Assembly: GCA_963705255.1 (NCBI GenBank)
Contig: OY970061.1
Coordinates: forward strand, 2,208,001-2,272,000
Length of the DNA stretch: 64,000 bases
Source: an uncultured Methanoregulaceae archaeon
GTDB lineage: Archaea; Halobacteriota; Methanomicrobia; Methanomicrobiales; Methanospirillaceae
Reading direction: 5' to 3'
Position 1 is the stretch's first letter; each line of letters opens with the position of its first letter. Below the pieces are notes generated by a model, which was not told the DNA's origin, did not search any database, and saw only the letters and a list, made by a program, of their open reading frames with translations. Shown here in pieces: positions 34,342-42,942 of this stretch. Both the position numbers and the translations under genes were made by a program.

Positions 34342-34678
34342 GTCTCATAGAAAAATTTTCGGTTTTTCATTTTTGACTTTCTTCATTGACGCTCCTGGGG
34401 GCTACGTCTTCAGGGTCTCCCCTCCTCTTCAGACGCCGCCCCCGCCGCGTGGGCGTTCCCCATATCGTGATAGTCCCTCAAAAGGTTAGCGAGAAATTTC
34501 CGATTAGAGGAAGAAGATTAGATACACCAGGCGGCGGATCAGTGACTATAGAACAGTTATTGTTACCACACTGCCCGGCCATGCCTCGGAGAGGCCCTGA
34601 GGCGGGGAACCTCATAACTCAACGATTTTCAAGGATTCGGGACGAATTCAATTTGTTTGCATTTGATTTTCCAGAGCC
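34342..34678 (-). mobile_element. Hairpin-array element, copy 3 (inverted, divergent internal modules)
   Basis: Reverse strand begins GGCTCTGGAAAATC and contains the core GGAAATTTCTCGCTAACCTTTTGAGGGACTATCAC and CCCCCAGGAGCGTCAATGAAG shared with copies 1 and 2. The far end (GTCTCATAGAAA) is degenerate. Confidence 0.65.
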
Positions 34679-34770
34679 TTAAAAAATAAATTTTTTATTT
34701 ATTTCCGATATGATTCCGAAATCCTCCAACCGCAATCGTGAACATGCCGCCCGCCCCATTTTGTATCCAG

Positions 34771-35277
34771 ATGGCAAACGGCAGCAGGCTCAAGATCGTG
34801 ATTTTCGGCGCCTTCGGTGCAGGCAAGACCACCCTGATCAGGACCCTCGATCCCGGATCGAAGCACGTGGAGGCCAACTGTCCCGGCGGGACCACGACTG
34901 TCGCCCTCGATTTCGGGCGCGTGGAGCTGGACGGCCGCCAGCTCCATCTGTACGGCACACCCGGGCAGGAGCGGTTCGGGTTCGCCAGGGAGATCATTGC
35001 AAAGGGTATGGATGGGGCGGTCCTCCTTGTCGACGCCACGGCGCCGCTGGACGAGTTCACCCTGCACCTCTACAGTACCCTTTCCGCCGCGAAGGTCCCA
35101 TCCGTCGTTTTCCTGAACAAGTGCGGCTGCGAGGGTGCACACCCGGACGCTTTTTCAGGCTGTTTCGGGACAAAACCCATCTGGCCTGTTTCTGCGCAGG
35201 ACAGGAACGCATGCCTCGACGCCCTCTCGCGTTTCGCCGGTAATCTGACACAGCGGATGAACGGGCAGGAATCATGA
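34771..35277 (+). CDS. Small Ras-like GTPase (MglA/ATP-GTP-binding family)
   Basis: GAFGAGKT, TTTVALDFG, YGTPGQERF; G4 reads NKCG. Confidence 0.85.
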   Translation: MANGSRLKIVIFGAFGAGKTTLIRTLDPGSKHVEANCPGGTTTVALDFGRVELDGRQLHLYGTPGQERFGFAREIIAKGMDGAVLLVDATAPLDEFTLHLYSTLSAAKVPSVVFLNKCGCEGAHPDAFSGCFGTKPIWPVSAQDRNACLDALSRFAGNLTQRMNGQES

Positions 35278-35444
35278 AGGTGGATTGGATTTTTTTCATC
35301 TGCGCCATCCCTTTGCGTGACTGTAACCGGAATTTGTGGTGTATCCTGTAATTTGCTGATGTGGGAGGCTGCCGACACCCATCCCGTCATGATAGACGCC
35401 GCCGCTCCCGACGAGGCGCCCCCGCGGCGGATCAGTGAGCAGAA

Positions 35445-35640
35445 GCGATACTCCCCAAGCGCGAGCTGCTGAACAACTTCCATCGGTACGGTTCCTTTGT
35501 CGCTTAAGATCTCCTGCTCGTTGAACCTGAGGAAAGCATCGAGTTTCTCTTTCCACTCCCGCATGTAGACCGGCTGTTTCCTCCCGGCCTGCAACTCGGC
35601 ATAGTCGAGGTACATGGTGATGATGCGGTTCAGCTGTGGT
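35445..35640 (-). pseudogene. C-terminal fragment of a RhuM-family protein
   Basis: LNRIITMYLDYAELQA...MREWKEKLDAFLRFNEQEIL...GEY resembles the RhuM C-terminus; no N-terminal part present. Confidence 0.65.
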
Positions 35641-35695
35641 CTGACTAAAAAGGTGCTATTGTGTCCGGATATTTTCCCGGTCGTGATCCTTGTCT

Positions 35696-36169
35696 TCATG
35701 CCATCGATGCCTTTACGATGGCGACATCCTTCACCGGCCTGTCGCCGGGGCCGGTCTTCGTCTTCCCAATCCTGTCGACAACGTCCATGCCTTCGATTAC
35801 CTTCCCGAAGACCGGGTGCTTCCCGTCGAGGAAATTGTTGTCGGTAAGGTTGATGAAGAACTGGGAGCCGCCCGTGTCGGGCCCGGCATTTGCCATGGAG
35901 ATCGTACCGCGGTTGTTCCTGTTGCTGGCGGTGAACTCGTCCTGGATCGCGTAACCGGGTCCGCCCCTGCCGGTGCCGGTGGGATCGCCGCCCTGGATCA
36001 TGAAGCCGCTGATGACCCGGTGGAAGATGGTGCCGTTATAATACCCTTTTTTCACGAGCGTTTCGAAGTTCCCGGCGGTGATCGGCATGTCGGGTGCGAG
36101 GGCGATCGTGATCGTGCCCATGGTAGTCTCGAGTTTCACGAGTTTTGAGGATTGCTCTTCTGCGGTCAT
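35696..36169 (-). CDS. Cyclophilin-type peptidyl-prolyl isomerase (cytoplasmic)
   Basis: [37 protein letters not shown]. Confidence 0.95.
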   Translation of the reverse strand: MTAEEQSSKLVKLETTMGTITIALAPDMPITAGNFETLVKKGYYNGTIFHRVISGFMIQGGDPTGTGRGGPGYAIQDEFTASNRNNRGTISMANAGPDTGGSQFFINLTDNNFLDGKHPVFGKVIEGMDVVDRIGKTKTGPGDRPVKDVAIVKASMA

Positions 36170-36251
36170 AGCTGGTTAAGAATATGGCACCTCCTGATTC
36201 TTCTGTGTTGTGAAGAACCGGGGAGGCCGGGATGAAAAAAGGGGTCAGACA

Positions 36252-36734
36252 TGCTCTGCAGAAATCCTGTAAGTGTCTATTTTTTTGTAAACTCCTTGAA
36301 GAGGCTGTGAGAGTGACCCCCTCTCTCAAGTCGAAGAACTCTGACGAGTTCTTCCCCAGTCTGCTCTTCCCTTCGGGAACAGAAGTCTCCCCATTGGGGA
36401 GGCAGCCCAAGGGGTGCATCCCCTTGAATCTCTGAGCGGTCTTCAGACCTCGAAGAGGAGAAGGGAGGCAAGAGCCGACCTTCGACCCATCTATTATTCC
36501 TCCTGTTCTCCCGGGAATTTCTCGCTAACCTTCTGAGTGACTATCACAGTATGGGGCAAATCTGCCGTTGCCCAAGGCAAGGGCAGATTCGAGAAGATGC
36601 GAGAGCATCTTCGCTGTGCCCTAGTGGCAGGCAATTCGAAGAACGCTGACGCGTTCTTCTCTTGTCTCCATGACTTCGTCATGTCGACATCCCCAAGAGC
36701 GTCAGAACATTGTTCCAATGATTTCTACAGAGCC
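36252..36734. mobile_element. Hairpin-array element, copy 2
   Basis: TIRs TGCTCTGCAGAAATC (36252-36266) and GATTTCTACAGAGCC (36720-36734), 13/15 complementary; colinear with copy 1. Confidence 0.8.
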
Positions 36735-36735
36735 T

Positions 36736-37425
36736 TCAGACCATCACGGCACGGATGATCGTGATGTTCTGGAGGGGGCGGTTGTTCGGGTCGCCGGACG
36801 TGGGAGTGCTCCCGATCGCATCCACCACGTCCATCCCTTCGACCACGTTCCCGAAGACCGGGTAATGGCTGTCAAAGCCGGGCTGGAGGGCGCTGTTGTT
36901 CACGAGATTGATGAAGAACTGGGAGCCCCCGCTGTTCGGCTGCCCGGTGTTGGCCATTGCGACCGCCCCGCGGCTGTTCATGTTGTGGCTCGTGAACTCG
37001 TCCGGGATCGTGTAGCCCGGTCCGCCCAGGCCGGTACCGGTAGGGTCGCCGCCCTGAATCATGAAGCCGCTGATGACCCGGTGGAAGATGGTGCCGTCAT
37101 AGTAGCCCTTCAAAACGAGGGTCCCGAAGTTGCCGGCCGTGATCGGCATCGCAGGGTCGAGCGCGATGGTGATGTTGCCCATCGTGGTCTCGAGCAGCAC
37201 CTCCCTGCCGGAGAGCGCTGAAGTGGCTGTCGTGACCGCCGTGGTGGTTGCCGTGGCTGTTACCGTAGCGGACAGAGGTGCTGCCGTGGCGGCGGGCGCC
37301 AGGGTGGTTGCAGCCGCGGCCTGTGCGGTTCCTGAGGGTGCTGGCTGGGTGCATCCTGCGCAGAACAGAAGTGCTGCCGCAAAGAGCCCGAGAATACAGA
37401 GTGTCCTGACTGGTGACATCCTCAT
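36736..37425 (-). CDS. Lipoprotein cyclophilin with Thr/Ala-rich linker
   Basis: Signal with CAGC lipobox, AT-rich linker, [14 protein letters not shown] domain. Confidence 0.9.
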   Translation of the reverse strand: MRMSPVRTLCILGLFAAALLFCAGCTQPAPSGTAQAAAATTLAPAATAAPLSATVTATATTTAVTTATSALSGREVLLETTMGNITIALDPAMPITAGNFGTLVLKGYYDGTIFHRVISGFMIQGGDPTGTGLGGPGYTIPDEFTSHNMNSRGAVAMANTGQPNSGGSQFFINLVNNSALQPGFDSHYPVFGNVVEGMDVVDAIGSTPTSGDPNNRPLQNITIIRAVMV

Positions 37426-37480
37426 ACTATCGGTGCTGCGGGAAAATAGAGGTTGCGGGGACTTTCAGTTCCCCTTGTAT

Positions 37481-38167
37481 TCACTCTGCCTTCTTCTCAT
37501 CGTCCCTACGGCCTCTTGTGCCGAAGAAGAAGATCACGCCGGCGGCAAGGACCATGGATACCGTACCTGCCAGGAGGACGAGCTCGCCTTTTGTGATTGC
37601 GTCATTGTAGTCCTTTGCCGACATATCGATGGCGAGCACGGCGACGGTGTTGCCGCCGGAGCCGCTGGCGGAATCATCGATCGGGGCATAGGCGCTCATG
37701 AACGACCCGTATTTTGTGGTGTAGGGCTGCTCCGAGGCGGTCGGGCCGGAGAGGGCGGCGAAGATCTCGTTCTGGTCCGGGGCAGTGGAGGCTTCGCCGA
37801 TCTTTGCCGAGCCCTGCGGGTCCAGCGGGTAGAGGTCGTCCACGAGGAACGTGGCGGTCTTATCCGGGTTCACCTTGAGGATGTAGGCGTTGAGGATGCG
37901 ATCGTCCATGCTGCGCAGGGTCTCCAGGTGCCGTGCAACGGCAAGATACTGCGGGGACATCTCGTCGCCGGCCCTGAGGCCGGCGATATCGCTGGCATTG
38001 ACCTGCGTGGCCATGACGCCCACCGTGGACTCCATCCCCTGCCGGGTGGCGTCCCGGAGGGCGTTCTGCTCGCTGGTATAGGCGAACATCGTGAGGGCCC
38101 CGATGATGACGATCACGAGGACAGCGCTCACCCCGAGGTTTGTTGAAACTGAAGATTTTCCCGTCAT
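37481..38167 (-). CDS. Membrane-anchored Cache/PDC-like extracellular sensor domain with no output domain
   Basis: TM - ~160 aa with YGSFMSAYAPI...VAVLAIDM - TM - short charged tail. Confidence 0.65.
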   Translation of the reverse strand: MTGKSSVSTNLGVSAVLVIVIIGALTMFAYTSEQNALRDATRQGMESTVGVMATQVNASDIAGLRAGDEMSPQYLAVARHLETLRSMDDRILNAYILKVNPDKTATFLVDDLYPLDPQGSAKIGEASTAPDQNEIFAALSGPTASEQPYTTKYGSFMSAYAPIDDSASGSGGNTVAVLAIDMSAKDYNDAITKGELVLLAGTVSMVLAAGVIFFFGTRGRRDDEKKAE

Positions 38168-38168
38168 T

Positions 38169-39692
38169 TCAGGATCGCCTCCTTAAGGCTCCACCGGTAC
38201 CGATTATTGCCGCAACCCCGCCGATCAGGACCGCGGCGGAAGGGGCCGAGGCAGGCGTTGGTGCCGGTGCAGGCTGCAGGCTGATGGCAAGCGGCGTCAC
38301 CTGCCCCGGGTTCACCGTTGCGGCAGTCGTATAGTCGACGTACCCGGCGTACCTCAGCAGGACCTGGTGCTGCCCGGGCGCAATACTGCCGGGGGTGGCA
38401 GGGGTGTATCCCTCGAAGAGGTTGTCGATGTAGATCTCTGCGCCTGCCGGGGTCGAGACGATGGTGAACCCGCCGGTTGCAGGCAGCGGTGTCGGGTTGG
38501 GCCCGACCTGCGTCAGCGTGGCCGTGATGGGGGTGACGACGTTGGGCATGATGTAGACAGAACTGAGCCAGTCATTATAACCGGGGCTGGTCACCCTGAA
38601 GAGGCGGTTGCCGTTCTGTACGCTGGAGAGAGCGAGGCTCCCCGACGGCGGGATCGTGCCCATGGGGTTGTTGTCCACAAACACGCCCGCACCGGGCAGC
38701 GAGGTGATGACCACCGTACCGTACACGGCCGGGGCCATGACCGCGTTCAGGTACTGGTTTGTGTTCGGGTTCACGTAGACTGTTGAGTGATAATCCGTGT
38801 ACCCGGGCAGGGCCAGCCTGAACGCATGGCTCCCGGGATAGAGGGTGACGGTGAGCGGCGCCTTGCCCTGGTAGTTCCCGTCGACATAGATCAGGGCATG
38901 GTCCGGGTTCGATATCACCGCCACGGTGCCGGTGCTGCGGGGCGGTAGGGGGGACGGCTGGAGCGTCGGGTAATAGGTGGCGGTCTGGCCGGAGTACAGG
39001 GTGACTAGGCGGGTGTCCGGGGTGTACCCGTTCAGCGACGCCTTCATGGAGTACGTCCCGGGCGGCAGGTTCGGGATGGTGAGCGGGGAATACCCCATGA
39101 AATTGCCGTTCATGGAGATCGAGGCGCCCGCCGGGCTTGACTGGGCATACAGTGCCCCGGGCTGTACCGGGGGCACCGTTGTCTGGGTGGGGATCGGGTT
39201 CAGGGTAGCATACACCGCGACATGCTCCTGGTCCTGCGGCATATGCGGGAGCGGGCCCGACCACGGGGTATAGCCGGACAGCGATACCGTGACCGTGGAG
39301 ACCGGGGACGAGGAGGGAGAGACCGCTACCGAGAGAATGCCCCCGGCAGTCTGCCCTTGCGGCACTCCGTCGAAATAGACGGTCGCCCCGTTCACGTTGC
39401 AGTACGTGTCGATCCAGCCCTTGCCGCCTCCCACTTCCGTCGGTTGCGGGGGAATGGTGATGGTCGGTCCGGTGGTCGGGACGGTCGGTAACGGAGTGGT
39501 TACGATGGTTGTCGTGGGCACGGTCGTCGGCTCCGTCGTAGGGGGAGTCGTCGGTTCCGGTGTCGGCGGTGTGACAAAGGTCTCCATGGTGATCGTCGGG
39601 GTCTCCCCGGCCGCTGCGACCGGTGCGATGACTGCGGCGCAGAGTGCGCAGAGAATAACGATAACCAGAAGAATTGCGATGGATTTTTTCAC
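38169..39692 (-). CDS. PEGA-domain cell-surface protein
   Basis: Signal peptide, Pro/Thr-rich linker, several PEGA repeats (SxPxGAxIYxD..YxGxxP), C-terminal TM followed by RRRS. Confidence 0.88.
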   Translation of the reverse strand: MKKSIAILLVIVILCALCAAVIAPVAAAGETPTITMETFVTPPTPEPTTPPTTEPTTVPTTTIVTTPLPTVPTTGPTITIPPQPTEVGGGKGWIDTYCNVNGATVYFDGVPQGQTAGGILSVAVSPSSSPVSTVTVSLSGYTPWSGPLPHMPQDQEHVAVYATLNPIPTQTTVPPVQPGALYAQSSPAGASISMNGNFMGYSPLTIPNLPPGTYSMKASLNGYTPDTRLVTLYSGQTATYYPTLQPSPLPPRSTGTVAVISNPDHALIYVDGNYQGKAPLTVTLYPGSHAFRLALPGYTDYHSTVYVNPNTNQYLNAVMAPAVYGTVVITSLPGAGVFVDNNPMGTIPPSGSLALSSVQNGNRLFRVTSPGYNDWLSSVYIMPNVVTPITATLTQVGPNPTPLPATGGFTIVSTPAGAEIYIDNLFEGYTPATPGSIAPGQHQVLLRYAGYVDYTTAATVNPGQVTPLAISLQPAPAPTPASAPSAAVLIGGVAAIIGTGGALRRRS

Positions 39693-39769
39693 AGAATCAC
39701 CCTGTAATGGTACATCAGGATCCTGCGCTATAAATAGGATACGTTTTCGGGTCGGAGAGGTTTCCAGCA

Positions 39770-39890
39770 AACCTCGACGAGATCGAAGATTTACTCCGTA
39801 AATCTTCTCCTCCCTGAATCTCGCTCCGCTTGATTCTTCGGATGGAGAAGTGAGGTGAAAACCGAACTTCGACTGTTCGGGCGGGGAACC
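39770..39890. repeat. Fragment of the hairpin-array element
   Basis: 39784-39812 is the reverse complement of 1362-1390 except in the loop; also AACCTC..GAGATCGAAGA (as in copy 1) and GGCGGGGAACC (as in copy 3). Confidence 0.65.
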
Positions 39891-39905
39891 GCCAGCCAGT
39901 CCCGG

Positions 39906-41081
39906 TCACCGGAATGACGCGATCACCCGCGAGAGCCGGTGCACGCCTTCCCTGATCTGCTCTTCGTCCGGGGCCGAGAAGTTCATCCGGATGGTATCGT
40001 CCCCTCCCCCGTCAACATAGAACGGGAGCCCGGGGAGGACCGCGACCTTGTTCTTTACCCCCTCGTCAAAGACCTTCCGCGAGGAGATCCCTGGGGGGAG
40101 TGTTGCCATCAGGAACATGCCCCCATCCGGGCGGGTGTGGGGGCACTGCGGCAGCAGGTCGTCGAGGAGGTCGCACATCAGCCGGCACCGCCCGCCGTAC
40201 ACCGCGACGATGCGCCGGATATGCCTATCGAGGTCATGCGTTGCCAGGTACCGGTGCAGGATCTTCTGGCAGAGGAAGTTGGAGTGCAGGTCCGCCGCCT
40301 GCTTGGCGATATTGAACTTTGCCAGGATCTCCCGGGGGGCGTACATCCAGCCGATCCGCATCCCCGGCGCGATGATCTTGGAGAACGAACCGGACAGGAC
40401 GGCCTGGTCCGGCAGCCAGCGTTTCAGCGGGGGGCGGGGCCTGCCGTCGAAGAAGAGCTCGCCGAAGGCGTCGTCTTCGTAAAAGACCGTACTGGTGCTG
40501 CCGATGATATCGGCAACGGCTCTCCTCTTCTCCAGCGACCAGGTGGTACCGGACGGGTTCTGGCTGTTGGGGATGCCGTAGAAGAACCTGACCGGCGTAC
40601 CGCTGACGAGCCGCCCGAATGCCGCAAGGTCCGGCCCGTCGTCCTCCAGCCTGACCGTGTCGATGGCTGGTTCATAGAGCGAGAAGGCCTCGATCGCCCC
40701 GAGGTAGCCGGGTCGCTCCATGCCCACGTGGTCTCCCTTGTCCAGGAAGATCTTGGCGAAGAGGTCGAGGCACTGCTGGGAACCATTGACGATCTGGATC
40801 TCTCCGGCCGTGGCCGGGATGCCGAGTCGCCGGCGGTAGCGGTCCGCGATGAACTCCCGCAGCGGGAGGTAGCCGTCGGTAGTCGTGTACTGGAGGGCGA
40901 CGCCGGCTTCCCCCTCCATGACATCGCGGGTTGCTGCTCCAATCCCCCCGGTATCGATCAGCGCGGAAGACGGGAGCCCGCCGGCAAACGAGATGATGGA
41001 CGGGTCGGCCGAGACCCGGAAGAGCTCGTCGAGAAACGATGGCGGGGCGCGCGAGAGCCTGTCTGCAAACCGGTAGTGCAT
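39906..41081 (-). CDS. PLP-dependent aminotransferase class I/II (LysN/MocR-like)
   Basis: ISFAGGLP, QNPSG, EDDAF, SFSKIIAPGMRIGW. Confidence 0.92.
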   Translation of the reverse strand: MHYRFADRLSRAPPSFLDELFRVSADPSIISFAGGLPSSALIDTGGIGAATRDVMEGEAGVALQYTTTDGYLPLREFIADRYRRRLGIPATAGEIQIVNGSQQCLDLFAKIFLDKGDHVGMERPGYLGAIEAFSLYEPAIDTVRLEDDGPDLAAFGRLVSGTPVRFFYGIPNSQNPSGTTWSLEKRRAVADIIGSTSTVFYEDDAFGELFFDGRPRPPLKRWLPDQAVLSGSFSKIIAPGMRIGWMYAPREILAKFNIAKQAADLHSNFLCQKILHRYLATHDLDRHIRRIVAVYGGRCRLMCDLLDDLLPQCPHTRPDGGMFLMATLPPGISSRKVFDEGVKNKVAVLPGLPFYVDGGGDDTIRMNFSAPDEEQIREGVHRLSRVIASFR

Positions 41082-41229
41082 GGGGAATCCTCCGGGGTTT
41101 TTTTGCCGGGATGTGAATGGCAATGCATTGGGCAGCGGGAACAAAAAACCTATGGAGACGGCGCTCCTGCTGCCGGTACCCGAGTTTTTTAGGCTCCCGG
41201 CACGATCCACTATCATAGGGGGATCGTAT

Positions 41230-41997
41230 ATGGAACGGGCGGCTGCCAGCCCTGAAATGACGGCGGAAGACTGGTACTGGCGCGGCACAGCGCTCACCTG
41301 TACCGGGCGGTACGCCGAGGCGATCGGGTGTTTCGACCGCGCCCTCGAACTTGAACCGGAGAGCCCAAGGGTGCTCGTGGCCCTCGGTGCTGCAGTCGAC
41401 CGCCTCGGCCTGTTCCGCGAGACCATTCTCTGCTGCGAACGGGCGCTCGGGACCGACCCGGGCTGTACCGATGCCTGGTTCATGAAAGGCCTTGCCCTCT
41501 TCCGGCTGGCGCAGTACCGGGACGCGATCGCCTGTTTTGACGAGGTCGTCGCACGCGACCCCGGGCATGCAGAGGCATGGTTCATGAGCGGGAACTGCCG
41601 TTACCAGGGCGGGGAGCTGGAGGAGGCGATCCGCTGCTTTGACATGACCCTGGGCATCCGCAGGAAGTACCCGAAAGCGCTCTACAACACGGGGGTCGCG
41701 CTCGGGGAGCTCGGGAGGTTTGACGAGGCAGTCCTCCTCTACGATGAATGTCTTGCCGTGAACCCGGGGGTAGCCATGGTCATGACCAACAAGGCGGTCG
41801 CCCTTGCACGGCTCCGGCGGTACGACGAGGCGGAGGCGCTCCTGCGCGAAGCCCTCGAGATAGACCCGCTCGACGCGACTGCATGGGCGAACCTTGGCCT
41901 CTGCCTCGGGCGGCTCGGGCGGGAGCAGGAGTCGGTCGCGTGCTTTTCCCGGGTGCGGGAACTGACCGGCGCCAATGTCCGGGAGATCGTGCGGTGA
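41230..41997 (+). CDS. Tetratricopeptide repeat protein
   Basis: About seven 34-aa repeats of the type AWF.KG.AL..L..Y.EAI.CFD.AL..DP. Confidence 0.9.
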   Translation: MERAAASPEMTAEDWYWRGTALTCTGRYAEAIGCFDRALELEPESPRVLVALGAAVDRLGLFRETILCCERALGTDPGCTDAWFMKGLALFRLAQYRDAIACFDEVVARDPGHAEAWFMSGNCRYQGGELEEAIRCFDMTLGIRRKYPKALYNTGVALGELGRFDEAVLLYDECLAVNPGVAMVMTNKAVALARLRRYDEAEALLREALEIDPLDATAWANLGLCLGRLGREQESVACFSRVRELTGANVREIVR

Positions 41998-42058
41998 ACG
42001 GTGCTGCGTGGACAACCCGGTGCCGGGTGGCCCACGAAAACGATATCCTGTGTCCCAT

Positions 42059-42124
42059 CGAAGAACGCTGCTGCATTCTTCTCCTGTCTCATCTCTGATG
42101 AGATTCGACATCCCCAAGAGCGTC
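42059..42124. repeat. Fragment of the hairpin-array element (right-end modules)
   Basis: CGAAGAACGCTGCTGCATTCTTCTCCTGTCTC...TCGACATCCCCAAGAGCGTC matches the right ends of copies 1 and 2. Confidence 0.7.
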
Positions 42125-42217
42125 GAACAGTATCCGCATAATTTTTTTCAGATCAGCCGGGAACCCGGCTACCGGAAGTAAACAAGGCATAAGTGAAGAG
42201 ACCGCCAAGGTACTGGT

Positions 42218-42547
42218 ATGAAATACACGGCGCGGCATATCCAGCGTTTCCTCGAAGCGGGAAAGATCGACCCTGCGCTCTGGAAGAACCATTTTCCGTC
42301 GCTGCTCCCCACCCAGGTCCCCGCCTGCAGCGACTGCGAGGACTACAAGAACCGGACCTGCAGCGGCGAGCGCAACCCGGTCGACTGCTTCCTCTCCGCA
42401 CAACCTGGCCCGGAAGAGCCCGGGGACCAGGTTTCCCGGGGCGACGGGAAGCGGAAGAAGCAGAGGGACCCCATGCTGGGCCTCGGCGCCCGCAGGAAGA
42501 CCATGCCCGGCGGGGCGAACAAGACGCGTGACCAGTCAAAGATGTGA
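42218..42547 (+). CDS. Small hypothetical protein with four-Cys cluster
   Basis: CSDCEDYKNRTCSGERNPVDC and a basic tail; plausible codon usage. Confidence 0.55.
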   Translation: MKYTARHIQRFLEAGKIDPALWKNHFPSLLPTQVPACSDCEDYKNRTCSGERNPVDCFLSAQPGPEEPGDQVSRGDGKRKKQRDPMLGLGARRKTMPGGANKTRDQSKM

Positions 42548-42942
42548 ATTCCGGCCCGCTGGCAGGCACGCTTCCGGAGATCTTTTTCCGACTTTTTTCT
42601 CATCTGCCGGAACCCATAACGACCGTCTTCTATCCGGGGAGGTCCCCCCCCCTCCTGCATGGGCCGGAGGCGGTACCGCGGCGCAATGTTTCAAAATTGG
42701 TCTCAAAATATGAGGTTCGGGTAAGGCGCTATTACATTTCCCGGTCCAATAACGGCCCTGGTGAAACTTATTCGCATCTCAGGAGTGCACGGGCATCTGA
42801 ACCGGAACCGATCGGGACCTCTTTTATCCTGCTTCTTCTTGACGACGGGAGCGGGGATACCAGGTGCCTGGTTCCGGCAATCGGGTCATGGGTCCGGAGG
42901 AACATGGACAGCACGGGACGGCGGCGAGCCGGGGGAGGATGC

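Noticed and set aside
39470-39575. Low-complexity repeats in the PEGA gene and cyclophilin linker (37210-37330)
   Set aside because: Explained by Pro/Thr/Ala-rich protein linkers.
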